Program-made: the position numbers and the translations under genes
In this document: one piece after another, positions 39,950-50,795 of the stretch
How positions within the stretch are numbered: position 1 is the first letter of the stretch
Layout of the letters: the number at the start of each line of letters is the position of its first letter
From: an uncultured Candidatus Rokubacteria bacterium
Lineage (GTDB): Bacteria > Methylomirabilota > Methylomirabilia > Rokubacteriales > CSP1-6
Reading direction: 5' to 3'
DNA: 64,000 nucleotides
NCBI GenBank assembly: GCA_963789955.1
Contig: CAWBMV010000034.1
Location: 96,001-160,000, forward strand
Notes under the pieces: generated by a model
Told to the model about the DNA's origin: nothing
Seen by the model: the letters and a program-made list of their open reading frames with translations, nothing else
Databases searched by the model: none

Positions 39950-40987
39950 CTAGATCAGTCCCAGCCGTTTACGCGCGAGCCGCGCGCCGGCGGCGAGGCG
40001 CTTGAGCTTCTCGAACGCGACCCAGCGGGGCACCGGAAAGAAGCCGCAGTCGGGCACGGCCGACAGGCGCTCGACCGGAATGAACTTCGCGCAGAGCGTG
40101 AGCCGCTCGGCCACGTCCTCCGGGCTCTCCATGTAGAACGACTTGACGTCGACGACGCCGCACGCGACATCGCGGTCGACGCCGATCTCCTTCCAGTGCT
40201 CGATCTCGGCCATCTCGCGGTTCGCGTACTCGAAGACGAACTGCTGGCAGCGGGTCTCGAGCAGCGCGGGGAACATCCAGCGATAGGAGCGCTTGCCGCG
40301 CGGGCGCGACAGGAGGTTGCCGAAGCAGACGTGGTAGGCGATTCGCGCGCGCACGCCCTCGACGCAGGCGTTGAACATCTTCACGTATTCGCCGATCTGT
40401 CCGGGCACGATCGCCGCCGAGGGCTCGTCGATCTGGATGTAGTCCGCGCCCGCGTCGACCAGGGCGCGCAGCTCGGCGTTGATGGCCGGGACGAAGTCCC
40501 AGCAGAGGGCGAGCCGATCGTTCCCGTACGCGTCGCCGGGCCGGAGCTGAACGTGGATCGAGAGCGTGACCGGCCCGGGGCAGGTGGCCTTCACGGGCCG
40601 GTCGGTCTGGGATTTCAGATACTGGAACTCTTCGACCACGCCGAGCCCGCGCGGCACCGTGATGCGCTGCCGCGGCCGGTAGCGCGGCGCCGAATCGTAG
40701 GCGTAGAGTCCCGTCTTGCGCAGCGGCTCGACCGGCTCCAGGCCGTCCATCTTCGCGTAGAAGGTCTGCACGAAGAAGAAGCGGCGCATCTCGCCGTCGC
40801 AGACGATGTCGATCCCGGCGCGCTCCTGATCGCGGATCGCCAGCTGGGTCGCATCGTCGAAGGTCTCCTTCATGTCCGTCTGGCCGTAGTCGCCGGCCTT
40901 GATCTTGTCGAGCGCGGTCCAGAACCAGCCCGGGAAGCCGTGGCTCCCCATCACGTGGGTCGGAATCGGGGGCAGGGCGGCGGTCAC
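39950..40987 (-). CDS. MetE C-terminal (core) domain family protein, paralogue 2
   Basis: PTHVMGS, DIVCDGEMRR, IQIDEP, HVCFGN, VPDCGF. Confidence 0.88.
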   Translation of the reverse strand: MTAALPPIPTHVMGSHGFPGWFWTALDKIKAGDYGQTDMKETFDDATQLAIRDQERAGIDIVCDGEMRRFFFVQTFYAKMDGLEPVEPLRKTGLYAYDSAPRYRPRQRITVPRGLGVVEEFQYLKSQTDRPVKATCPGPVTLSIHVQLRPGDAYGNDRLALCWDFVPAINAELRALVDAGADYIQIDEPSAAIVPGQIGEYVKMFNACVEGVRARIAYHVCFGNLLSRPRGKRSYRWMFPALLETRCQQFVFEYANREMAEIEHWKEIGVDRDVACGVVDVKSFYMESPEDVAERLTLCAKFIPVERLSAVPDCGFFPVPRWVAFEKLKRLAAGARLARKRLGLI

Positions 40988-41123
40988 GCGCTGTTGTTTA
41001 TCAGAGGGCCCGGCGCTTGGCAATGGCACCGCCTGGCCTTCCGACGGCCCGGATGGTCCGTGACATCCGGAATTTGTTGGAGAAATGCGGCCAGGAACGC
41101 ACGGTATGATAAGAGTAACCGCC

Positions 41124-43368
41124 ATGCAAGTTCGCTTCTGGGGAACCCGAGGATCAATCGCCGCGCCCGGCCCGAGCACCGCGCGCTTCGGAGGGAATAC
41201 CTCCTGCGTCGAGGTACGGGCCTCGGACGGCACCGTGATCATCCTCGATTGCGGGACGGGCGCCCGAGAGCTAGGGCTCCACCTGGTCCAGACGATGCCC
41301 CAGCCGATGCGTCTGCACCTCTTCATCGGCCACACCCACTGGGACCACATCCAGGGCTTTCCCTTCTTCGTGCCGGCGTTCATGCCGGGCTCCGAGCTGA
41401 ACATCTACGCGCCGATCGGCTTCCAGCGCGGGCTCGAGGAGGCCATGGCCGGCCAGATGGAGTACTCCTACTTTCCGGTCAAGATGCGCGACCTGCGCTC
41501 GCGCATCCACTTCACGGAGCTCGATGAGGGATTTTTCCGGGTCGGCGGCGTGCTGGTCGAGACGCAGTTCCTGAATCACACCGCGCCCACGGTCGCCTAC
41601 CGCATGACCGGCGACGGCGCGACCATCGCCTATGCGACCGACCACGAGCCGTTCTGGAACGCGTCGGGGCGCGTCTCACAGCATCCGGGCGACGAGCGGC
41701 ACATCGCCTTCCTGAAGGGCGCGAACCTCGTCATCCACGATGCCCAGTACACCGACGCCGAGTATCGCGACAAGGTCGGCTGGGGCCACAGCAGCCTCGA
41801 GTACGCCGTCGACGTCGCGCTGGCCGCGGGTGTCGAGCGCCTCGTCCTCTTCCATCACGATCCGGCGCACGACGACGCGATGATGGAGCGGATGGAGGAG
41901 ATGGCGCGCGCCCACGTCGGCCGCCGCGGCCAGGCGCTGGACGTGCTCGCCGCTCGGGAAGGCCTCGAGCTCGAGGTGCGCGGCAGCAGCGCCGCGCCCG
42001 ACATGGAGGAAGCCTCCGCGCTGCAACACCGCCAGATCGTCGGCGGTCGCGTGCTGCTGGTCAGCGCGAACGAGCCGGAGGTCGCCGAGATCGAGGAGAT
42101 CCTCGGCGACGACCGGCTGGTGTTCCTGCGCGAGACCGAGGTGCGCACGGCGATCTCGCGCGGCCCCGAGCTCCTCCCGGACATCGCGATCATCGACCGC
42201 GAGCTCCTGGACGGAAACGGCGACACGGTGCTGGACGTGCTGCGGGACCGGCTCGGCCGGCGAAATTTCCCGATCGTCGTCCTCGCCGATAGCTCGATTC
42301 CGTCCGATGCGGTCTACCGCGGCGAAGCCTCGTGGACCGACTACCTGTCGAAGCCCTTCAGCCCGCCCATGCTGCGCACGCGCGTGCGGGCGTGGCTCGC
42401 CAGGACCCTGCTGACCTTCGACCTGGCCGAGCGCCGGGCGCCGCGGCGCCGAGGGCACCGTGGGCGCGGGCGACAACCGCGCCCGTTGCGCGAGCCTCCT
42501 GGCGACGGTCCCGCTCTTCCGCCAGCTCAGTCCGGAGCAGCGCGATCTGCTGCTCGACAGCGCGACCGAGCAGAGCTTCGCGCCCGGCCACGTGCTGATT
42601 CGCGAGAGCGACCCGCCCGATCGTCTCTTCGTGATCCTGTCCGGCCGCGTGCGGGTTCTGGAGGTCGCGCCCGACTCGCCGGTGGAGCTGATCGTGGGCG
42701 AGCTCGGCGAGGGCGAGATCCTCGGCGAGCTGAGCGTGCTGCGCAACCAGCCTCGCTCGGCAACGGTCGTGGCGGTCGAGCGCACGCACTGCCTGGTCAT
42801 CCCGCAATCCGAGTTCCTCAAGGTCCTGCAGAACTCCGCGGAGCTGGCGGTCTCGCTGCTGCGGATGCTCGCCGGGCGCCTGTACGAGACCGACCGCCGC
42901 CTCTCGCGCTTCGCCCCCGACCCGGTCACGGGCCTGGCGGGGCGCCGGGCGTTCCACGATCAGTATCGGCGGCTGGCCGCTGTCGCGCGCCGGCGCAAGA
43001 CCGGCGCGCTCCTGCTGGTCGTCGACGTCCTGCAGCTCCGGTCGATCAACGACCGCTTCGGCTACGGCGTGGGCGACGACGTGCTGAGAACCGTCGCCGA
43101 TGCGCTCGTCGAGGCCACCCGGACCACCGATCTGATCGTCCGCCACGGCGGCGACGAGTTCGTCGTGTTCTGCCCCGATGCAGGTGTCGGCGACATCGAC
43201 ACGGTCATCGCGAGGGTCAACGACAAGATCAAGGGGCTCTCGGGCAAGCGCGGTATTCCCGTCACGATCAACTGCAACTTCGGCATCGCCTACGCGCAGG
43301 CACCGCCGGAGAGCGCGGAGGATCTGCTGCGCGAGGCCGACCAGGACATGCTGCGCCGCCGGCGTTAG
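41124..43368 (+). CDS. Probable multidomain signalling protein: MBL-fold hydrolase + REC + cNMP-binding + GGDEF; one apparent +1 frameshift near 42430-42460
   Basis: FWGTRGS, GGNTSC, HTHWDHIQG; IIDR...DYLSKPF; GELSVL...PRSATV; DPVTGL...ND.FG...GD, RTTD...GGDEF. Confidence 0.8.
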
Positions 43369-43371
43369 GCG

Positions 43372-44124
43372 CTAGCGCTTCTTCCGGCTCGCGAACTCCC
43401 GGATTCGCTCCCGCGCCGCCGGGCTCGTCCGCAGCGCCGCGGCGTAGCCCTCAGCCTCCCGCCCGTTCCCGCCCGCCCGGATCGCCGCGACGATACGCTT
43501 CGTCGCCTCGAGACCGCCTCGCGGTGAGCGCGCGATGTCCGCGGCCAGGGTCGCGACGCTCGCATCGAGGGTAGGCGGGGCCACCACGCGGTTGACGAGG
43601 CCGATCCGCAGCGCCTCGGTCGCGTGGATGGTGCGGCCGGTGAGGAGCAGGTCGCGGGCGTGACCGCCGGCGACGACGTCGAGCAGGCGCGCGATCCCAT
43701 AGGCCGGCGGAAAGCCGAGCGTGACCTCCGGAAGCCCGAAGCGCGCCCGGTCGGACGCGACGCGAAGGTCTTGCGCGATCGCGAGCATGAGCCCTCCGCC
43801 CAGCGCGAAGCCGTCGACGGCGGCGATTGTCACCTGCGGCAAGGCCGTGAAGCGGCTCATGATCGCCGCGTGACGCCGGGCGAGCGCTTCGGCGTCGTCG
43901 GGGGTGACGCTCTCCATCTCCTTGATGTCGTTGCCGGCACAGAACGCGCGGCCGCGCCCGGCGACCACGAGCACGCCGACGTCGTCCATCGCCGCGACCC
44001 GCTCGAGCGTCTCCTCGAGCGCGGCCGTCAGCCGGCGATTGAGCGCGTTGAGCGCCTCCGGGCGGTTGAGCCGCAGCCAGGCGACGCCGTCTTGCGCCTC
44101 AAGCTCGACGATCGGAGCGTCCAC
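43372..44124 (-). CDS. Enoyl-CoA hydratase/isomerase
   Basis: LNRPEALNAL, AFCAGND, GFALGGG, LPEVTLG. Confidence 0.9.
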   Translation of the reverse strand: MDAPIVELEAQDGVAWLRLNRPEALNALNRRLTAALEETLERVAAMDDVGVLVVAGRGRAFCAGNDIKEMESVTPDDAEALARRHAAIMSRFTALPQVTIAAVDGFALGGGLMLAIAQDLRVASDRARFGLPEVTLGFPPAYGIARLLDVVAGGHARDLLLTGRTIHATEALRIGLVNRVVAPPTLDASVATLAADIARSPRGGLEATKRIVAAIRAGGNGREAEGYAAALRTSPAARERIREFASRKKR

Positions 44125-45071
44125 TATCCGTCCGGGTCCGGCCGAGGGCGGCGAGCGTCAGACCGGCCGCCACGCCGAGCGCGATGCCGGCAGTGGCGGT
44201 GACGACGGTGCGGCCAGAAATCCGTTCTGAAGAACGGAAGCATGAAGAACGGCGAACGCCCCGCGCTCGGAGGGATGCGGCCGTCGAGCAGTCCTTCCAC
44301 CATCTGCATCGTCTCGGCCATCAAGACTTCGGAGGCGGCCTTGGCGAACGCCGGATCGGCCAGCGCCGGGTGGCCCACGTAGCCCTGACCGCCGTTGCGC
44401 AGAGGAAAGTTCGGCACGGCGCGCTCCGGGAGCGAGTACCGCGCCGGCGGAAGCGTGCGGTACGACGGATCGACCAGGTCGGGACGGATCAGCAGCATCA
44501 GCGACGTCTCCCACCAGCCGCCGTGCGCGTCCTCCGAGAACGCCTTTCGCTCGTCGTCGGACAGCGGACGCCCGAGCGCGGCCGCGATCTTCTCGACGTA
44601 CCGACCGCGCAGGAACTGCCAGGCGAGATGGCCGGAGAGCGAGGCCATCGTCACGCGGTGTCGGCGCGAGACGATCGCGGAGGCTTCTTCGAGCGCCGTG
44701 AGGTGTCCCGGCCCGCCGTGGCCGTTGGCGACGAGGATGTAGCGGAAGCCCGCGCGCGCGAAGGATCGACCGTAGTCGACGACCGCGTCGCGGACCACGC
44801 GCTGCCGCACGCTCACGGTCCCGACGGCCTCGAACGTGAACGAGCCGAGCGGCAAGGTGGGAGCCAGCAGGGCGGTCCAGCCGGGCCGCGCGGCGGTCAG
44901 GCGCTCGCTCAGGGCCTCGGCGAAGTGGCGGGCGGCGATCGCGTCGACGCCCACCGGCAAGTGCGGCCCGTGCTCCTCGAGCGGGCTCACGGTCAGGACG
45001 ACGACGGTGCGCGCGCGGTCGAGCGCGTCGAGCGCCGGGGTCGACATCTCTTCGAAGAGGCGAACGCTCAA
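44124..45071 (-). CDS. Creatininase family protein; C-terminus possibly frameshifted
   Basis: EEHGPHLPVGVD, NGHGG, DAHGGWWETS. Confidence 0.85.
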   Translation of the reverse strand: MSVRLFEEMSTPALDALDRARTVVVLTVSPLEEHGPHLPVGVDAIAARHFAEALSERLTAARPGWTALLAPTLPLGSFTFEAVGTVSVRQRVVRDAVVDYGRSFARAGFRYILVANGHGGPGHLTALEEASAIVSRRHRVTMASLSGHLAWQFLRGRYVEKIAAALGRPLSDDERKAFSEDAHGGWWETSLMLLIRPDLVDPSYRTLPPARYSLPERAVPNFPLRNGGQGYVGHPALADPAFAKAASEVLMAETMQMVEGLLDGRIPPSAGRSPFFMLPFFRTDFWPHRRHRHCRHRARRGGRSDARRPRPDPDG

Positions 45072-46525
45072 AACGAGCTTCCTTTCGTCGCGGTCAGGTA
45101 GTCGTTCTTGGCCCGCTCGAGCTCGGCGATCAGCGCCTGTCGCTCGGTGGTCAGCCGGCGGGCCACGTGCTCGCGCGTCAGCGCCAGCGCGCCGAAGCGC
45201 AGGCGGCTCCGGAGGCGTCCGGCGCCGACCCAGTAGCGGTACGCGATGACGCCGGACAGCGGCACGCTGAGCAGGAAGATGAACCCCACCGCCGGCCCGA
45301 ACAGCCGGGTGACGATCCAGGTCTCGAGCCCCCAGAAGAGCGGCAGCGCGAGCATCGCGGTGAGGAATCGCCACGTCGCGTAGTCGGTCTCCTTGCGCGA
45401 CATGTGGTGCGCCACCCACCGCGGGATCCAGTAGGGCAGGAAGTTCACGATCGCGCCGTAGACGAAGAACGGAAAGCCCGCGATCGCCTCCCAGCCTCGG
45501 CGAATGCGCTGACGGGGCCGCCGCCGCTCGAGCCGCGCGCGTACCGCCTCGTCCTTCACCCGGTATTCGGCCAGCAGCGCGCGGTAGCTCTGAATGCTCT
45601 GCCAGATGCGCTCGACGCGCTCGGGGTCGCGCTGCTTGAAGTAGTTGGTCGAATCCACGATCGCCCGGGACAGCCGGACCAGATCGATCTGCCGCTCCGC
45701 GAGCCCGCGCGTCCTCCCGGAGCTCGCGCACGAGCTGGTCACGGTAGAGCTCCTGCACGGCGTTCACGAGCCGGCTCTCGTCGATGCGCTCGACGTGGAC
45801 GACCTCGGCCTCGATGCCCCACTGGATCGCGTCGGTGAAGGCCTCGACGGTCTTGACCGGATCCCGGCGATAGGCGTCGAGATAGGGCGGCACCGGGATG
45901 GCCGGACCGAAGGACACGAGGACGCGCCCGCGGAAGGATTTCCGCGCATCGAAGTTGAGCCCGACCGGGATCACTCGCAAGGCACCGGGTCGCTCGGCCT
46001 CGTAGCCGAGCGCCAGCCGCGCGGCGCCGGTCTTGATGCGCTGCACGCGGACCTCGGCGTGCGTCGTGCCCTCCGGATAGATCGCGACGAGCCGGCCTTC
46101 GTTGAAGGCCTTGAAGCATGCGTCGAACGTGCCGGCGTTGCGTTCCGCGGTCGTCGCGGGTGCCGCGAGGCTGGCTCCCGCCGCGGGTGGTCGGGGCACG
46201 ACGCTGGATCGTCCTGCTTCCGATAGACGGGGATCGCGCCGCACGCGAGGAGGAAGCGCGCGACGAATCGATTCCTGAACAACGCGGCCGTCGCGAGGTA
46301 GTGGACCTTTCGCGGCAGCGCCCCGCCGACCAGCAACGAATCGATGAAGTTGTTGGGGTGGTTGATGCAAAGGAGCACCGGCCCGTCGGCGGGCACGCGC
46401 TCGGGGTGTCGGACGTCCACCGATCGGAAGAAGAACCAGAGCCAGAAGCGCCCGACCGCGCGCACGGCGCCGTAGAAGCCGTCCATCGTGTCGGGCCGCG
46501 CGCCGGTGTCGACGGTCGCGCTCAC
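45068..46525 (-). CDS. PlsC-like acyltransferase with C-terminal TM helices; frameshifts
   Basis: NHPNNFID (HX4D), PVYRKQD, IYPEGTT, KTGAAR. Confidence 0.85.
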
Positions 46526-47619
46526 GGAATGCGCGCGAAGCCTTCCATCAGCCGGCGCGCCGTCCGGTACACGGTGACGCGCTCGGCCCACGCGACGCCG
46601 TCGCGCCGGCGCACCGCGGCGTCGATCGGCAGCACGCCGGACGGGTGACCCAGGCGAATCGCGTGCGCGGTATCGCCCGCGCACTCGCGCACGACCGTGC
46701 CCTCCACCCGTGCCGCCACTCCGAGGCACATCGCGACTGTCAGCGCGACCGCGCGATGGCAGTTGCCCATCGAGATGACGCGCGTCACCAGATCCACCGT
46801 GTCGGCGGCGTGGCGAACGCCGTCGAGCGCGGTGAACGCGGTCGCGGGCGCCACCATGGCGATCTTCGGTACGGCGGCGCTGCCCGGAATCTTCATCCGC
46901 TTCGCCGCTTCGACGCGGATCGCTTCGAGCCGGGCCGAGAGGGCACGGTCGGCGTCGATCGCTTGCGGCGTCTCGGTGCCGGCGAGCCCCACGTCCTTCG
47001 CGCGGACGAAGACGACCGGATTCGTCGCGTCCACGAGCGAGGCGTCGAGGCCGTCGATCGTCTCGCGGGCTGTCCCCGTCGGCAGAAGGCGACCGGTCCC
47101 GGCGCCGCCCGGATCCAGGAAATCGAGCGCGATCCGGGCGCCGTGTCCGGCCACGCCGGCCAGCTCGAAGTCGCCGTCGACCAAGGCCTCGCCGTCGCGC
47201 ACGGGCACGTGGGCGACGATGATCTTCTTCGTGTTGGTGTTGTGGATGCGGACGAGCGTCTCGCCCTCGACCGCCTTCACCAGACCCTCGTCGATCGCGA
47301 ACGGCCCGACCGAAGACGAGCAGTTGCCGCAGTTGCCCTTGTAGTCCACGACCGCCTTCGCCACTTCGACCTGCGCGAACGTGTAGTCCACGTCCGCGTC
47401 GGGGTGCGAGGGGGCGCCGATGATGCACGCCTTGGACAGAGACGAGATGCCTCCGCCCATGCCGTCGAGCTGGCGGCCGTAGGGATCGGGGCTCCCGAGC
47501 GCGGCGAGCAAGACGCGGTCGCGCTCGGCGCCGGCCGGCGGAAGATCCGTCTGATGGAACACGAGGCAGCGGCTCGTGCCGCCCCGCATGTAGACCGCGC
47601 GGATCTTCTTCTGGCCCAT
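46522..47619 (-). CDS. prpF: PrpF / AcnD-accessory isomerase
   Basis: YMRGGTS, GSPDPYGRQLDGMGGGISSLSK, NCGN, GHPSG, RTARRLMEG. Confidence 0.92.
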   Translation of the reverse strand: MGQKKIRAVYMRGGTSRCLVFHQTDLPPAGAERDRVLLAALGSPDPYGRQLDGMGGGISSLSKACIIGAPSHPDADVDYTFAQVEVAKAVVDYKGNCGNCSSSVGPFAIDEGLVKAVEGETLVRIHNTNTKKIIVAHVPVRDGEALVDGDFELAGVAGHGARIALDFLDPGGAGTGRLLPTGTARETIDGLDASLVDATNPVVFVRAKDVGLAGTETPQAIDADRALSARLEAIRVEAAKRMKIPGSAAVPKIAMVAPATAFTALDGVRHAADTVDLVTRVISMGNCHRAVALTVAMCLGVAARVEGTVVRECAGDTAHAIRLGHPSGVLPIDAAVRRRDGVAWAERVTVYRTARRLMEGFARIP

Positions 47620-47630
47620 GGACCCTCCCG

Positions 47631-49550
47631 CTATCCTTTCCCGGCCTTCGTGTGGGCCAGGACGCCGCCGGCGAGGAGAATCTCGCGCTCGCGCGTCGTG
47701 AGCACGCACGAGGCGGTGAACACGGCGCCGGTCCGCGCGTTCTCGACGCGCACCCGATCGCCGGCCTCCAGCGCGGCACGCAGGCCGGGCAGGCGGAGGC
47801 GGTCGTCTCGCTCGATGCCGGCCAGGCTCGCCGGGTCATCGAAGACGAGCGGCACCACGCCCCAGTTGATGAGGTTCGTCCGGTGAATCCGCGCGAAGGA
47901 CTTCACGATGACCGCGCGGATGCCGAGGAACATCGGTCCCGTCGCCGCCGCCTCGCGCGACGATCCCTGACCGTACGTCTCGCCGCCCACGATGATGCCG
48001 CGTCCGGCGGCCTTCGCGCGCGCGACGAAGTCCGCGTCGACGTACTTGAAGCAGAACTCCGAGATCGCCGGAATGTTCGAGCGGAAGACGAGCACCGCGG
48101 AGCCGGCCGGCGAGATGTCGTCGGTCGACACCTTGTCGCCGAGCTTGATCACGACCGGCGCCTCGAGCGTCTCGGCCACCGGCTCGCCGAGCGGCACGGG
48201 CTTGATGTTGGGCCCGCGCGGGATCTCGCCGGTGCCGTCGGGCTCGACGAATCCCGCCGTCGACGTCGCGAACCGCGGCGGCAAGGCGACCGGCGACGGC
48301 GTGCCGAGCGTGCGCGGATCCGTGATGACGCCGGTGAGCGCCGAGGCCGCGGCGACGGTCGACGAGCACAGATAGACCGAGTCGTCCTTCACCCCGCTTC
48401 GTCCCGGGAAATTACGGTTGAAGGCGCGCAGGCTCTTCGCGCCGGCCGCCGGCACGTGGCCGATCCCCGCACACGCCCCGCAGCTCGATTCGGAGACGGT
48501 GGCGCCGGCCGCGATGAGGTCGGTGAGCAGGCCTTCGCGCGCCATCGTCTCGAGGATCTTGTGGCTGCCCGGGAACAGCACGAACGACACCGAGGAATGC
48601 ACGCGGCGGCCGCGCACGATGTCCGCCACCGACGCCATGTCGTTCCAGGAGCCGTTCGTGCACGAGCCGACCATCACCTGCTCGACGGCCGTCCCCGCGA
48701 CCTCCTCGATCGGGACGACGCGGTCGGGCGAGCCGGGAAGCGCCACGAGCGGCGTGAGCGCCGCCAGGTCGAGCGTGATCTCGTCGTCGTACGTGGCGTC
48801 GTCGTCGGGCACCGCCGGCTGCCAGTCGTCGGCGCGGCCCAGACGCGTCAGGAACGAGCGCGTGACATCGTCGCTCGGGAAGATGCTGGTCGTCAGCCCG
48901 AGCTCGGCTCCCATGTTGGCGATCGTCATGCGCTGCGTGGCGAGCAAGCTCCGGAGCCCGGGCCCACCGTACTCGAAGATCTTGCCCATCCCGCCCCGGA
49001 CGGTCAGCCGGCGCAAGAGCTCGAGGATCACGTCCTTCGCCGTCACCCAGGGCTGGAGCGCGCCGGTCAGGTGAACGCGCACGATCTGCGGCATCTGGAA
49101 GAAATATGGTCCGCCCCCGAGCGCGACGGCCACGTCGAGACCGCCGGCGCCGATCGCGAGCATGCCGGCCGCGCCGCAGAGCGGCGTGTGGCTGTCGGTG
49201 CCGAGCAGGGTCTGGCCCGGGATCGAGAAGCTCTCCATATGGACCTGATGGCAGATGCCGTTGCCGGGCTTGGAGAAGATCGCGCCGTATTTGCGCGAGA
49301 CGGCCTGCATGTAGCGATGGTCGTCGGAGTTGCGCGAGTCGACCTGGTAGACGTTGTGGTCGGCGTAGCTCACGATGCGCGCGGGCACGGCGCGCGGGAA
49401 GCCCATCGCCTCGAACTGGAGCCAGGACATCGTGCCGTTGGTGTCGGTGAGCAGCACCTGATCGATCGCGATGCCGATTTCCTCGCCGGCGACCGGCTTG
49501 CCGGCGACGAGGTGGTTGTTGATGAGCTTCTGCGCGAGGCTCTTGGGCAT
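47631..49550 (-). CDS. Aconitate hydratase family protein
   Basis: GNGICHQ, DSHT, GSCTN, CGACAG, NRNFPGR, STDDISP, YGQGSSRE, KSFARIH. Confidence 0.92.
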   Translation of the reverse strand: MPKSLAQKLINNHLVAGKPVAGEEIGIAIDQVLLTDTNGTMSWLQFEAMGFPRAVPARIVSYADHNVYQVDSRNSDDHRYMQAVSRKYGAIFSKPGNGICHQVHMESFSIPGQTLLGTDSHTPLCGAAGMLAIGAGGLDVAVALGGGPYFFQMPQIVRVHLTGALQPWVTAKDVILELLRRLTVRGGMGKIFEYGGPGLRSLLATQRMTIANMGAELGLTTSIFPSDDVTRSFLTRLGRADDWQPAVPDDDATYDDEITLDLAALTPLVALPGSPDRVVPIEEVAGTAVEQVMVGSCTNGSWNDMASVADIVRGRRVHSSVSFVLFPGSHKILETMAREGLLTDLIAAGATVSESSCGACAGIGHVPAAGAKSLRAFNRNFPGRSGVKDDSVYLCSSTVAAASALTGVITDPRTLGTPSPVALPPRFATSTAGFVEPDGTGEIPRGPNIKPVPLGEPVAETLEAPVVIKLGDKVSTDDISPAGSAVLVFRSNIPAISEFCFKYVDADFVARAKAAGRGIIVGGETYGQGSSREAAATGPMFLGIRAVIVKSFARIHRTNLINWGVVPLVFDDPASLAGIERDDRLRLPGLRAALEAGDRVRVENARTGAVFTASCVLTTREREILLAGGVLAHTKAGKG

Positions 49551-49557
49551 AGCGGCC

Positions 49558-50693
49558 TTACCGCTTGTCGACCGACACGAACGCGCGGCGCGCCGGGCCG
49601 ATGTAGTCGCCGCGCGGGCGGATCAGGCGGTTGTCGTCGTATTGCTCGATGATGTTCGCCGTCCAGCCCGCGATGCGGCCGGCCGCGATCACCGGCGTGA
49701 AGAGATCGACGGGAATGCCGAGCGAGTAGAAGAGCGGCGCCGAGTAGAAGTCGACGTTCGGGAATCAGCTTCTTCGCCTCGTTGATGCGCGCGTGGAGCT
49801 TCACGGCCATCTCGTACCACTTGAACTGGCCCGACTGCCGGCACGCCTCCTCGGCCATTCCCTTGAGGATCGCGGCGCGCGGGTCGCCCGCCTTGTAGAC
49901 GCGATGACCCATGCCCATGAATCGCCGCTTGTCGGCCATCGCCTTCTCGGTGAACGCGTCGACGTTGGCGACCTCGCCGATCTCCATCAAGGTGCGCATG
50001 ACTGCCTCGCCGGCGCCGCCGTGGAGCGGTCCCTTGAGGGCGCCCGACGCCGCCCGCCACCGCCGAGTGCATGTCGGACTGCGTCGACACGATGCAGCGG
50101 GTCGTGAACGTGGACGCATTCAACTCGTGCTCGGCGTAGAGCGTCAGGCTCGCGTCGATCGCCTTGGCGACGACGCCGCTCGGCCGCTTGCCCGTGAGCA
50201 TGTAGAGGAAGTTGCCGGCGTGCGAGAGATCGGACGCCGGTCGGATCGGGTCTTCGCCGCTCCGCACCCGATGGTGCGCGCAGATCGCCGTCGCCATCTG
50301 GCTCGTGAGCCGGATCGCCTTGCGGATATTTGCGGCGTGGGAATTGTCGGTGGTGTCAGGGTCGCTCATGCCGAGAATGGCGACGGCGGCCTGGAGCACC
50401 CGCATCGGATCCGTTGCCTTCGGCATCAGCCGGAACGCCTGAACGAGGTCGGCGGGGATCTCGCGCGCCGCGATGAGCGCCAGGGTCATCTTGTCGAGCT
50501 GCGCCGCGTTCGGCAGCTCGCCGTACCAGAGCAGGTGGCAGACTTCCTCGAAGCTCGCCCGGCGCGCCAGGTCTTCGATGTCGTAGCCGCCGTAGGCCAG
50601 GCGGCCGTTTCGGCCGTCGAGATCGCAGAGCTTGGTCTCGGCGGCGACGACGCCTTCGAGTCCCCGGATGAGCTGAGTGCCTTCCTTGTCCAT
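49558..50693 (-). CDS. Citrate synthase / 2-methylcitrate synthase; frameshifts
   Basis: GLEGV, EHELNASTF, KGPLHGGA, GMGHRVYK..DPR, NVDFY, NRLIRPR across frames. Confidence 0.9.
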
Positions 50694-50795
50694 GATCGCC
50701 TGCCTCGTCACCTTGGATTGCCTGGATGGTAGCAGGATTCTTGGCACCCGCCCACTTGCCGGGCCGGGGTTCAGGCGCCGGTCGCTACCGATCGT

